DNA of 64,000 nt from Candidatus Delongbacteria bacterium (GCA_963663545.1 OY760505.1:160001-224000); one strand, 5' to 3'. Shown: positions 21,110-29,885, counted from the stretch's first letter. Notes: generated from the sequence alone by a model not told the origin. Program-made: numbers and translations.

Positions 21110-21835
21110 TTATGAAAGCACGTGTTTTTCCAGTTCGCAACCCTCTTGCTGCCGAGGATCTTGCTGTCTAAGGCCGAATTCGAACTGACCCTGGTCCGGA
21201 GTCCAAGCCAAAGCAGCAAAGCCCGCTACTCGCCAACCTCCGGCTGTAAGCAGCATCGCCAGATACTGAAAGGTGGCCCCGGTTGTAACAACGTCGTCCA
21301 CCAGCATCACTCTCTGCCCCTTGCCGGGCTTGCGTAGTCGATACTGGCCGACCAGATTGCGCAAGCGCGCCGCCCGGTCGAGCGACTTTTGCTGACAGCC
21401 ATCGCCACGTCGCTGCAGAACCTGAGCCACAGGCAACCGCCACTCGCGTCCCAGACAACGTGCCAGGAGTAGAGCCGGGTTTCCGCCGCGTTCCCGCTTG
21501 CGCACAGGATGCGCGGGAACCGGAACCAGCACCTCGGCGGGCCAGGCGGGACGCGACCAGTGACGACAAAGCCGCCGGCACAACGCAGCCTGCCCGCCAT
21601 ACTTCACCTGGCTCAAGACCTGACGCCCCACATCCGCATAGGCAAAACGGGCACATCCAGGCAGGGACTCCGTGCCGCAGCAGCTGCTGCCCGTGGCCAG
21701 CAGCTCCTCAAGGCAGGAGTCGCACAAAAAGGCCGCCCACGGCTCTAGCTCGCCCGCGCATTGCAGACACCGGGCAGGAAGCAACAGATCCTGCATTCCA
21801 GCCAGCAGAGAGCTGCAAGCTTGAAGTACCGACAT
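21110..21835 (-). CDS. comF: ComF family phosphoribosyltransferase-like competence protein
   Basis: N-terminal CxxC..CxxC zinc motif, LVPVPAH..R.RERG, RLRNL, LVDDVVTTGAT. Confidence 0.88.
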   Translation of the reverse strand: MSVLQACSSLLAGMQDLLLPARCLQCAGELEPWAAFLCDSCLEELLATGSSCCGTESLPGCARFAYADVGRQVLSQVKYGGQAALCRRLCRHWSRPAWPAEVLVPVPAHPVRKRERGGNPALLLARCLGREWRLPVAQVLQRRGDGCQQKSLDRAARLRNLVGQYRLRKPGKGQRVMLVDDVVTTGATFQYLAMLLTAGGWRVAGFAALAWTPDQGQFEFGLRQQDPRQQEGCELEKHVLS

Positions 21836-21849
21836 GGACTCCTCCTGCG

Positions 21850-22188
21850 TGACACCTCCTGAATCATGGCAAGAAAAGAGTACTTCGGGTAAACCTGCAA
21901 GGAAAGGGCACCTCGCTGCGGCGGTTGTGTTTTCAATGGAAAGCTACGTGGACGGAATCGATGCTGCAGCCTTGTTCAGGCCCGGGATCGCTTGGGGCAC
22001 AGTTCGCAATAGGGAAACAGCAGCTTGCTTTGAGTGCATCCCAGGCAGCGCAACTCCTCAAGAGAATAGTGGTGACCTTCGGCAGCCAAACGTTTTTGCG
22101 CTGCAAGCAGCGCCTGTGTGTCACCGCTTTGCGTGGCCAGATAAATGGGACAGCGGCTGCAATCAAAGCCGCAGGGTGATCGTTCCAT
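21850..22188 (-). pseudogene. Truncated DUF3795-like cysteine-rich protein
   Basis: SPCGFDCSRCPIYLAT...CLGC...FPYCELCPKR, then an early TGA at 21976; an FPC motif typical of the family C-terminus appears further downstream in another frame. Confidence 0.5.
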
Positions 22189-22206
22189 GCACATTCTGGA
22201 TGCGGC

Positions 22207-23196
22207 TTACTCCGACACCGACCACTCGTTCATGCGGCGAATGGCTTCGTGACTCACGGGAACAGCGCCCAGCTCGCTGCAGGCAACGGCCGCGCATAGT
22301 CCGGCGAACTGCGCCGCCGTAAACAGGTGCTGCCCTTGAATGCGTGCCAGCACCAGTGCGGCGATCACCGTATCACCGGCGCCAGAAACATCGACGATGG
22401 CGTGGCGCAAAGCGGGAAAGCTACGCAGTTCACCATCGCGAGCGAAACAGGCCATGCCCTTGGATCCGCGTGTTACAACCAACTCGCGGCAGCCGGTGCG
22501 AGCGATGAACGCCCGACCGATGCGCTCCAGGTCGTCTTCGCGCTTCAGACTTTCGCCCATCGCCTCGAGGATCTCCTTCTGGTTGGGCTTGAACAGATTC
22601 ACCGGACCGTAGGCGCTGAAGTTCTCGAATTTGGGATCAACAGCAGTGTACACGCCGTGCTTCTCGGCTAGCTGGCGAATCTGGGCGATCAGATCGGCGG
22701 TGAGCACGCCCTTGTTGTAGTCCTGAAAGATGAGCGCGTCCAGGGTGGGCAGCCACTCTTCCAGCTGGCCAAGCAGGTTTGCACGCACCTGACCGCGTAC
22801 CGCGTGGGTCTTCTCCTCGTCCACGCGAACAACGTGCTGTTCGTGAGCGATGATGCGCGTTTTGAGAGTCGTGGGCCGCTCGTCGTCGGCAATCAGGCCA
22901 TTGGTCTCGATGCCGGCTTCGCGCAGCAGATTGGCCACCACATCGGCCTCGCTGTCTACGCCAACCACACCCAGTGGAAGCGCAACCGCGCCCAGTCCGG
23001 CCAAGTTGTTGACCACATTCGCACTTCCGCCCAGGCTGTGGCTGCGCCGCTCGACGCTGACTACGGGAACGGGCGCTTCGGGACTGATACGATTGACCTT
23101 GCCCCAGATGTAGCGGTCCAGCATGATATCGCCAACGACGGCTACGCGACGACCACGGCAACCCTCGAGTACGTTTTCAAGATCTTGCAGATACAT
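22207..23196 (-). CDS. rfaE1: D-glycero-beta-D-manno-heptose-7-phosphate kinase (HldE kinase domain)
   Basis: VVGDIMLDRYIWGKVNRISPEAPVPVV, GGSANV, QDYNKGVL, DVSGAGDTV. Confidence 0.93.
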   Translation of the reverse strand: MYLQDLENVLEGCRGRRVAVVGDIMLDRYIWGKVNRISPEAPVPVVSVERRSHSLGGSANVVNNLAGLGAVALPLGVVGVDSEADVVANLLREAGIETNGLIADDERPTTLKTRIIAHEQHVVRVDEEKTHAVRGQVRANLLGQLEEWLPTLDALIFQDYNKGVLTADLIAQIRQLAEKHGVYTAVDPKFENFSAYGPVNLFKPNQKEILEAMGESLKREDDLERIGRAFIARTGCRELVVTRGSKGMACFARDGELRSFPALRHAIVDVSGAGDTVIAALVLARIQGQHLFTAAQFAGLCAAVACSELGAVPVSHEAIRRMNEWSVSE

Positions 23197-23262
23197 GGTG
23201 TATTATCCTCGTCAGCAGGATGCCGGTTGACATCACTCGTTTGTACGATAACCGATGATCGT

Positions 23263-24660
23263 TTATCGAACTTTTTCCATCAGCGCAACGCATTCCACAT
23301 GCGCCGTGTGCGGGAACATGTCCACGGGCCGCAGCCGCTTCAACTCATAACCGCCTTCGATCAATAGAGCAGCATCACGGGCCTGTGTCACGGGATTGCA
23401 GGAAACGTAGACAAGACGTGGCGCAGCGATCTCCAGCAGCTGCTGTACGACACGCGGATGCAAACCGGCGCGTGGCGGGTCTACGATAACCACCGTCGGA
23501 TTCTGGTCCAGACCACCGGCTAAAAGGTCTTTCACGTCGCCTGAACTGAAGCGCATTTGCGAAAGGCCGTTGAGTTCCGCATTGCGACGAGCGGCCACGA
23601 CGGCCTCCTCCACAAGCTCGAAGCCGGTTAGGTCGACGCCCTCCTTGGCCAGACAAATGCCAATGGACCCCGTGCCGCAGTACAGGTCCAGCAAACGATC
23701 ACCCCCGTGAAGGTTGGCGAACTCTGCCGTCAGCGCGTAAAGTCGCTCCGCTTGCTCGGTGTTGGTCTGAAAGAAGCTGCCCGGTGATACAACAAAACGT
23801 CGGCCACAGACAACTTCCTCGAGCTCGCCGCTGCCGTGATGCACGCATGCCAGATCGCCGACCGCCGTCTGCCCGCTACCCGAGTTAACTGAACTGACGA
23901 TGCTGCTGAACTCACCTGGAAAGGCGTCAAGGAGCTCCTTGGCAAGTTGCGCTGCCCGTGGATCACCGGGATGACTGACGACGATATTCAACAGCCGCTG
24001 ACCTGTGCCGCGCGCTTCGCGTATCACAAGAAAGCGCCAGTAGCCGGTGTGCTGAAAACTGTGCCAGACCGACTCTGCTCCCCCACCTCGCTCCAGCACG
24101 AACTGACGGATGTACGCAAGCATGGGTGCTACCAGCGTGGATTGCAGCACGCACTCTTCGAGATTGAAGACCTTACTGAAGACACCACGTGGATGCTGGC
24201 CCAGACCGAACTCGGCTTTGTCGGCGTCCTTGCCGTCGGGATGCCAGGCCATGTCGCTGAAGCCGAATTCCATTTTGTTGCGATAGTAGGTCTGCGCTTC
24301 ACAGGGCAGAATAGCTTCGACCGCAGGTGTTCCGACACCGCCGATGCGCTTCCAGGCTTCCTCAACAAAGGACTGCTTGGCCTTGAGCTGTTCGGCATAG
24401 GCCAGCATCTGCAAGGGGCATCCGCCGCAGTAGGCGGCGTGTTTGCAGAGCGGGTCGATACGATCGACCGAGGGGGTGATCAAGCTCAGCAGGCTGGCTT
24501 CCATGTGGCGCTTGCGCTTGCGTGTGATACGCGCCTCGACGACATCGCCGGGCAAGCCGCCATTCACAAAGACCACAGCACCGCCAGGATGACGCGCAAC
24601 GCCGCGACCGCCGATGGCGAGGGCTTCGATGTTCAGCTGCAGGATCTCGGTTTTTTTCAT
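23263..24660 (-). CDS. rlmD: 23S rRNA m5U1939 methyltransferase
   Basis: TRAM domain, CKH..CGGC, YRNKMEF, SFFQTN, DLYCGTG, DPPRAGL, YVSCNP, DMFPHTAHVE. Confidence 0.93.
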   Translation of the reverse strand: MKKTEILQLNIEALAIGGRGVARHPGGAVVFVNGGLPGDVVEARITRKRKRHMEASLLSLITPSVDRIDPLCKHAAYCGGCPLQMLAYAEQLKAKQSFVEEAWKRIGGVGTPAVEAILPCEAQTYYRNKMEFGFSDMAWHPDGKDADKAEFGLGQHPRGVFSKVFNLEECVLQSTLVAPMLAYIRQFVLERGGGAESVWHSFQHTGYWRFLVIREARGTGQRLLNIVVSHPGDPRAAQLAKELLDAFPGEFSSIVSSVNSGSGQTAVGDLACVHHGSGELEEVVCGRRFVVSPGSFFQTNTEQAERLYALTAEFANLHGGDRLLDLYCGTGSIGICLAKEGVDLTGFELVEEAVVAARRNAELNGLSQMRFSSGDVKDLLAGGLDQNPTVVIVDPPRAGLHPRVVQQLLEIAAPRLVYVSCNPVTQARDAALLIEGGYELKRLRPVDMFPHTAHVECVALMEKVR

Positions 24661-24795
24661 GGGGAAAAGGTAGCAAGCTTTCCGCAAACCCTTTGTGCAC
24701 TTGGGCGCTACCCGATGCGTACAGCGAAAAATCGTGTATCACATCGGTAGCAGCTTGTGGCGCAATGACATTTTGATCCCTATATTGGGCGCTTT

Positions 24796-24868
24796 GCCAC
24801 CCTAGCTCAGCTGGTAGAGCAACTGATTTGTAATCAGTAGGTCGTCGGTTCGATCCCGGTGGGTGGCT
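24796..24868 (+). tRNA. tRNA-Thr(TGT)
   Basis: GCCACCC..GGGTGGC-T acceptor stem, TAGCTCAGCTGGTAGAGC D arm, ACTGA-TTTGTAA-TCAGT anticodon arm, GTTCGAT T loop. Confidence 0.95.
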
Positions 24869-24878
24869 TTAAGAAATC

Positions 24879-24909
24879 AAGGGTTTACGAGAGATCGTGA
24901 ACCCTTTTT
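24879..24909 (+). terminator. Rho-independent terminator after tRNA-Thr
   Basis: AAGGGTTTACGA-GAGA-TCGTGAACCCTT hairpin followed by a T-tract. Confidence 0.7.
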
Positions 24910-25250
24910 CGTTTTCGGTGCTACGCTGGTGCTATTTTACAGTGGGGGAAACAGGTTGGGGAATCGCACTGGTGAGTTCCGGCATCCGTGCAACCTTCCA
25001 GCCATTGATCCGCTGTGTGATACATCTTCTCTACTGCGTTGTGTTAGGTGTGCCGGGTAATGATGGTGCGCTGGAGTCCGGGTTGCTGTCAGTCATCACT
25101 CCTTGGACTCGGCACGGTCAAGGATGTGTCACCGGCTCCCGGATGCTGGCTGCGATCAATGTATCACGAGGGTGCTGTCGGAGTGCGTAGGACAAGGCAA
25201 GGGGGTAGGGGTACAATTGTGTTCTTCAAGCTGATCCCTTTCATCGATGT

Positions 25251-25390
25251 GCCTAACGCCTCGGTTGTGAAGCCCTAAAAACGCCCTGACCGGGAGTGAC
25301 AAGCCAGACAAACCACCAATACCTTAATAGCGGGCAATTATGCTAAAATTGCGCCGCGTTTTTAGGGTCGTTACCAACCGTTTGTTAGCG
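25251..25390 (-). repeat. attC site of cassette 4 (140 bp)
   Basis: + strand GCCTAAC..CGGTTG..CCCTAAAAACGC / GCGTTTTTAGGG..CAACCG..GTTAGCG; GTTAGCGCTTCT is complementary to the cassette's 5' boundary AGAAGCGCTAAC (26673-26684). Confidence 0.88.
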
Positions 25391-25442
25391 CTTCTCCTGA
25401 TATGATCGTCTATCATCATGACGAATCTTCACGGCATTATCC

Positions 25443-26474
25443 CTAATTAAGATAGATTGAAATCTCCTCCCGTAACCTGTCAGCACCATCAGAGGTATTG
25501 CCCAAAATGGTGACAACCCTGTCGTCTTCTACGGTATAGGTTGATGAAAACGAGACGCCTGGATCTCCCCCCACGAGATAGTAGGCTGAAACCTGTCCTT
25601 CGGGGTTGTGTTGAATCCAAAACCCAAGTCCATAATGAAGATTCTTACACCAATCTCCCGTGACCGTGGCTTGAATACTTAAGACTTCAGCTAACAACTC
25701 GTCACATAAAAAGTTCCCAGAGAGCAGACCATGCCACATTTTTGCCATATCATCGGCCGTGGTAAAGAGGCCGCCATCAGCGGTGCAGACGATCGGAATC
25801 TCAAAGATATTGGAGTACCATGCACCGTTGTCGTCTTGTATGTACCCGTAGGCACAGTTTTTGGGGAGTTGGTTTGATTTATAGCACCCTGTTCTGGTGA
25901 GACCAAGCGGTTCACACACGTCTTGTTGAATGTAGTCAGCATACTCCATTCCTGACACAACTTCTATCAGCAGACCTAAGATCACAAACCCTGAATTGCA
26001 GTAGGTAAATTTCTCACCGGGCTGAAAATAGGCGTCTCCGTCAACAAGTAATGGCAACATATCGGTGATGCTGAGTATCTTATGCATGGGTAGCTTCTCA
26101 AAGACTGGTCCAAAATCGTCAATCAGGCGTTCATTGAAATAGTCATAGATGCCTGATGTATTACTTAATAAGTGTCGAACCGTGATGCGTGTATCCATAT
26201 TGGGAAACGCATACGGAAGTATGTCAAAGACGCGATCCTCCAGTGACAGTTTTCCCTGATCCACCAGCCGTAAAATACCTAAGGCGGTAAATCCTTTTGT
26301 CCCAGAGGCAATACCAAAGGCCGTATCAAGGGTATTGGGTAATTCATCGTCTCGTTTTGCGTATCCGGCGGCAACATTCAAGGATATTGTCCCGTGTTCG
26401 ATAATTTGGATCACCCCTGAGAAATACGTGGCGTTTTTGACGACCTCTGTGATCTTGTGTACGTCCATAATCAT
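25443..26474 (-). CDS. Cassette 4: serine hydrolase of the beta-lactamase/PBP family
   Basis: F.IASGTK (SxxK), ITVRHLLSNTSG, PGEKFTYCN (YxN), ADGGLFTTADDMAK, YGLG; no signal peptide; start chosen behind AAGGGA. Confidence 0.88.
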   Translation of the reverse strand: MIMDVHKITEVVKNATYFSGVIQIIEHGTISLNVAAGYAKRDDELPNTLDTAFGIASGTKGFTALGILRLVDQGKLSLEDRVFDILPYAFPNMDTRITVRHLLSNTSGIYDYFNERLIDDFGPVFEKLPMHKILSITDMLPLLVDGDAYFQPGEKFTYCNSGFVILGLLIEVVSGMEYADYIQQDVCEPLGLTRTGCYKSNQLPKNCAYGYIQDDNGAWYSNIFEIPIVCTADGGLFTTADDMAKMWHGLLSGNFLCDELLAEVLSIQATVTGDWCKNLHYGLGFWIQHNPEGQVSAYYLVGGDPGVSFSSTYTVEDDRVVTILGNTSDGADRLREEISIYLN

Positions 26475-26677
26475 TAGTTCCCTTCTGATTGTATCATCCA
26501 TTATCATCAATCACTGTACAGCTGATGGTACAACGTCACATGGCTCTATCGCGCTGTTCAGATATCGGCATATGTCTCATACTGAGCGATGGTATCGTGG
26601 TCGGGTTTGTCAAGACAAAAAAGAGGGATGATCGTAAAACTCCTCGGCACGATCTCATTGCTCTACACTCGCAGAAG

Positions 26678-26853
26678 CGCTAACGGTCAAGTTTCTATGG
26701 TCCGGGAGCGTGGCGCGGCGCTTGCGCCGAGCCACTTAGCTGTTTGTGAAGCAAACGGCTCTGAAGCGCCCAATGCGCAGCATTGTGGCGCTGGCAGCGG
26801 TGCCTTGCAAGCGACGTGACACGCCGCGGATCCATTGCAAACTTTTGTTATAC
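26678..26853 (-). repeat. attC site of cassette 3 (176 bp)
   Basis: + strand CGCTAAC..AAGTTT..ATGGTCCG..GCGTGGCGCGGCGCTTGC / GCAAGCGACGTGACACGC..CGGATCCAT..AAACTT..GTTATAC; directly abuts the ORF stop codon. Confidence 0.85.
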
Positions 26854-26854
26854 G

Positions 26855-27979
26855 TTAACCTCGTATTGCGCCAATCACCTGATTTGTCGTGTATGAACGG
26901 CCATCAGGAACCAGACTATCTTGATCCCTGGCTACTTCCAACGATGCACCTGCTTCCATTCTAGAGCTGAGGCAGTTCTTCAAATTTTCATTGAGACTAT
27001 CCCACCACTCAATAGATATTGCGATATTTTCGAACGTCTCAAAGCAAAACTGAATTAGTAAAGATCCTTTAACGTTGTCATCCGTATCTATAAATGATTG
27101 AATGAACTTATCGGCCGAAGTGTTCTCTCCTACCCATTGAAATACAGCCAATCCTCCGCTCTCCGTTCCACACATTGTAAAAGTTAAGGCATCTAATCTT
27201 GTTCCATGATTTGCATATTCCTCAATTCCCTGAAGCACTTTTCCGCCAAAATCATTTTCTAATTGAGTAGATCCACTGCACATTAGCTCCGGAGTTTTAC
27301 TTAGCTCAACAGCAAAGAAGTGAGAATCCTCAAACGAGTTGCTTAGAAGCACATCATCATATCTTTTTTTGCTGTCATCAATATCCTCTAATCCCGCAAT
27401 TACACCGCCGGAATAGAGTTTAAATTCCTGTTGATGAGCAACCTGCTGAATCACATCTAGACCACGATCTAGTGTCTTTCCAAATTTAAGCATATCCGTT
27501 TGTCTACGTTTAGCAAACAGCTCACGGCAGACCGCTCTATAGCCAAGTAGAAAGCAAGTCTCCTTCGTCACCTCCAGTGGCCTGTCCTCAATAGGCAGAA
27601 AGACAAGCTTGTCATGATGTGAGCAGAATCCCGTGAATGTGGTAGCTTTTCCTATTCCGGTTTTCAAAAGACCCAATGCACCATCACGCTTGACGAACCC
27701 GGTAGTCGATACGTCAATCGTATACACATGAGAATCAACAGCAATCTGCTTCAGACCATTTCCATTTCTCTGGATTGAGTGGGCACGAACAATATTCCCC
27801 CCGCAGACACCCTTCGCAGCTCTTGGATGAAGGCAGTACTTCTTATCTGCCCGCTTCTGCTCTGCAATCACTTCAGCGAGATCAACTCTCTTCTCCTCTG
27901 CCCGACGCAGATGGCAGTGTTTGAACTTCTTGCCTGATCCACACCAGCAGGGACAATTCCTCAATGCTCCAATGCTCAT
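26855..27979 (-). CDS. Cassette 3: SEC-C metal-binding-motif protein of unknown function
   Basis: N-terminal RNCPCWCGSGKKFKHCH; further C..C, AHSIQ and TFTGFCSHHD motifs; 374 aa. Confidence 0.85.
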   Translation of the reverse strand: MSIGALRNCPCWCGSGKKFKHCHLRRAEEKRVDLAEVIAEQKRADKKYCLHPRAAKGVCGGNIVRAHSIQRNGNGLKQIAVDSHVYTIDVSTTGFVKRDGALGLLKTGIGKATTFTGFCSHHDKLVFLPIEDRPLEVTKETCFLLGYRAVCRELFAKRRQTDMLKFGKTLDRGLDVIQQVAHQQEFKLYSGGVIAGLEDIDDSKKRYDDVLLSNSFEDSHFFAVELSKTPELMCSGSTQLENDFGGKVLQGIEEYANHGTRLDALTFTMCGTESGGLAVFQWVGENTSADKFIQSFIDTDDNVKGSLLIQFCFETFENIAISIEWWDSLNENLKNCLSSRMEAGASLEVARDQDSLVPDGRSYTTNQVIGAIRG

Positions 27980-27994
27980 TGTCTATCCTTGTAC

Positions 27995-28123
27995 GTATAA
28001 CATCTGTGTTTCAACAGCGGCGTCCTGGCGCGCCTTTTGCCCAAACGAGTGTTACATCTAGCTTAATCCTGTATCACGCAAAAGGCGTGACAGGCGACCG
28101 GCTGTTGGAAACACTCGTTAGGT
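27995..28123 (-). repeat. attC site of cassette 2 (129 bp)
   Basis: + strand GTATAAC..GTGTTTCAACAGC..CGCCTTTTGC / GCAAAAGGCG..GCTGTTGGAAACAC..GTTAGGT; GTTAGGTGCATAAAT mirrors ATTTATGCACCTAAC (29204-29218). Confidence 0.9.
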
Positions 28124-28167
28124 GCATAAATGGATTAATGCGAATGCAGCTAATGCTTGTCTAAGTG

Positions 28168-29181
28168 TTAATTCGCCGAAAGGGCAATACGGAAGCCAAC
28201 CCAAGAGTAGCCGGAAGCTGGATTTCCGAAATTACGATTTGCCACACGACTGTAGTGCGCAGCGTGCCCAATTGCACCTCCGTGCCCAGTTTTAAGAGAT
28301 CCTGCTTCTGGGCCATGAGGGTTATCCACAGGACTTACGTCGAAATAATCGGCATCATACCAATCCCAGCACCATTCCCAGAGATTGCCATTCATGTTGT
28401 AAATGCCCAACTGATTAGGGAGCTTTGTTCCAATCTCGCCCGGTCCACCATTGCTGCCATACCATGCATATTCACCTAAGCTGCTTTCTTCGTGACAGCC
28501 ACTATATCTGAGATTATCCTCGTTATGTATTCCGCCCCTCGCAGCATATTCCCATTCGGCTTCTGTGGGCAATCTATACCCGTTAGTGTTCCAGCTTACA
28601 TCTGGTGTAAAACTTGCAGGCCACAGAAGAGGATTAGATTCACCATCAACGGTGTAACACGGCGTACGGTTCTCTGCAATGCTTTTCAGATTACAGAATT
28701 TGATCGTATTGTACCAATTGACGTTTGCTTGTGGGTAGTTGGTCCCAGATCCACCATTCATTATGAGATTGTACTCATCATTTGAAACTTCAGTTTCACA
28801 AATGTAGTAGCTACTCAAATTGACAGTATGAACTGGCTGCTCATCATCGCCACCTTCTTGCTGTTCCCAGAAATGATCACCCATCTCAAAGGATCCACCT
28901 TCAACGAAAACCATATTTTCGGGGATATCAACAATACTGTCAATTGCTGTAACATGGAAGAACTGATACCCACTTACAGTTGCTAGTAGCTCAGCAGGGC
29001 TATCTAACGATGTTCTACCATAGATATTGTACCCATCTGCACCTGCAACCGGTTGCCACTGCAAAAGGACACCAATTGAGTCTCCGTTAACTGTTGCCTG
29101 AATCTGGACTTGGGGCGGATCAACCGCAAATGAGTTTCCAACAATGAAGAAAATGAATAACAGCGAATAAATTGTCCTCAT
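28168..29181 (-). CDS. Cassette 2: exported FGE-sulfatase (SUMF1/EgtB/PvdO-like) domain protein
   Basis: Signal peptide MRTIYSLLFIFFIVGNSFA; MVFVEGGSFEMG, ETEVS, YRLPTEAEWEYAARGG, PNQLGIYNMNGNLWEWCWDWY, GFRIA; GGAGGG RBS. Confidence 0.9.
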   Translation of the reverse strand: MRTIYSLLFIFFIVGNSFAVDPPQVQIQATVNGDSIGVLLQWQPVAGADGYNIYGRTSLDSPAELLATVSGYQFFHVTAIDSIVDIPENMVFVEGGSFEMGDHFWEQQEGGDDEQPVHTVNLSSYYICETEVSNDEYNLIMNGGSGTNYPQANVNWYNTIKFCNLKSIAENRTPCYTVDGESNPLLWPASFTPDVSWNTNGYRLPTEAEWEYAARGGIHNEDNLRYSGCHEESSLGEYAWYGSNGGPGEIGTKLPNQLGIYNMNGNLWEWCWDWYDADYFDVSPVDNPHGPEAGSLKTGHGGAIGHAAHYSRVANRNFGNPASGYSWVGFRIALSAN

Positions 29182-29211
29182 AACACCCTCCAAATAATTG
29201 TGAATTTATGC

Positions 29212-29285
29212 ACCTAACACGTGGCTAAGCCGCCATGCCCGCCGCTTTTGGGCGGGTATGGTCGGTCTTTAGCCTTTTGTTAACC
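29212..29285 (-). repeat. attC site of cassette 1 (74 bp)
   Basis: + strand ACCTAAC..GGCTAAG.CG.CATGCCCGCC / GGCGGGTATGGTCGG..TTAGCC..GTTAACC; its GGTTAAC box (minus strand) complements the GTTAACC at attI. Confidence 0.9.
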
Positions 29286-29286
29286 T

Positions 29287-29445
29287 TTATGGTCTCCAAG
29301 TTTCAACTGTGCCATCCTTACGAATGGTAACAACTGTTCTTTTTCCACATTTTGGACATCCTATCCTTTGCTCTCCTGGGACAAAAGTAATCTCACCGAT
29401 TTTTTCACCACAATGCGTACATCGAACAATTATTGTGTCTGCCAT
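29287..29445 (-). CDS. Cassette 1, gene 2: 52-aa zinc-ribbon protein (Mu Com-like spacing)
   Basis: Manual translation [62 protein letters not shown]; the stop sits immediately before attC. Confidence 0.85.
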   Translation of the reverse strand: MADTIIVRCTHCGEKIGEITFVPGEQRIGCPKCGKRTVVTIRKDGTVETWRP

Positions 29446-29455
29446 TTTCTCTCCT

Positions 29456-29848
29456 TTACCATGTTGGTTTCTTTAAATCTTTTGATGATAAAGCACTAAA
29501 CTTCCTGTTTTCAAATGAAGGGAAATTTAGTGAGTTTGCGGAAAACCTTGGAATCAGAGAGCTTGCTATATAGATCCCCGATTTAGTTTTCTCAACTTGA
29601 AAAGAATGATTATTAAACTGAATTATTTTATCAAATGCAGCTTCAGTTAAACCACTAGAGATAACATCAACTCCAAACACGGAAAGATCTGAACAATCAT
29701 TAACGGTTTCTATTGTATTTGATATATCTGAAACAGCGTCAATGACTGAATAAATTTCATAAGCAGCTGCAATAGATTTAATAATGCCGCCAAAAACTGC
29801 TTTTTTGAATATTGCTGAGGCAATTTTGAGAAGTAGAGATTCAATCAT
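29456..29848 (-). CDS. Cassette 1, gene 1: 130-aa hypothetical protein with hydrophobic/amphipathic N-terminus
   Basis: ORF begins 7 nt after the attI core; very AT-rich; no recognisable family. Confidence 0.75.
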   Translation of the reverse strand: MIESLLLKIASAIFKKAVFGGIIKSIAAAYEIYSVIDAVSDISNTIETVNDCSDLSVFGVDVISSGLTEAAFDKIIQFNNHSFQVEKTKSGIYIASSLIPRFSANSLNFPSFENRKFSALSSKDLKKPTW

Positions 29849-29855
29849 TTTTTTA

Positions 29856-29885
29856 GGTTAACATCTTATTCTACGGACCGTGTTA
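29856..29885 (-). other. Putative attI recombination site (core GTTAACC at 29862-29856)
   Basis: GTT core immediately upstream of the first cassette ORF, between the array and the divergent intI, with no attC-like hairpin. Confidence 0.75.

Noticed and set aside
25043-25049. Possible fifth attC starting at GTTAGGT
   Set aside because: No matching inverted arm or second core site found toward the tRNA.
28322-28330. DnaA box TTATCCACA
   Set aside because: Single copy inside a cassette ORF; no origin context.
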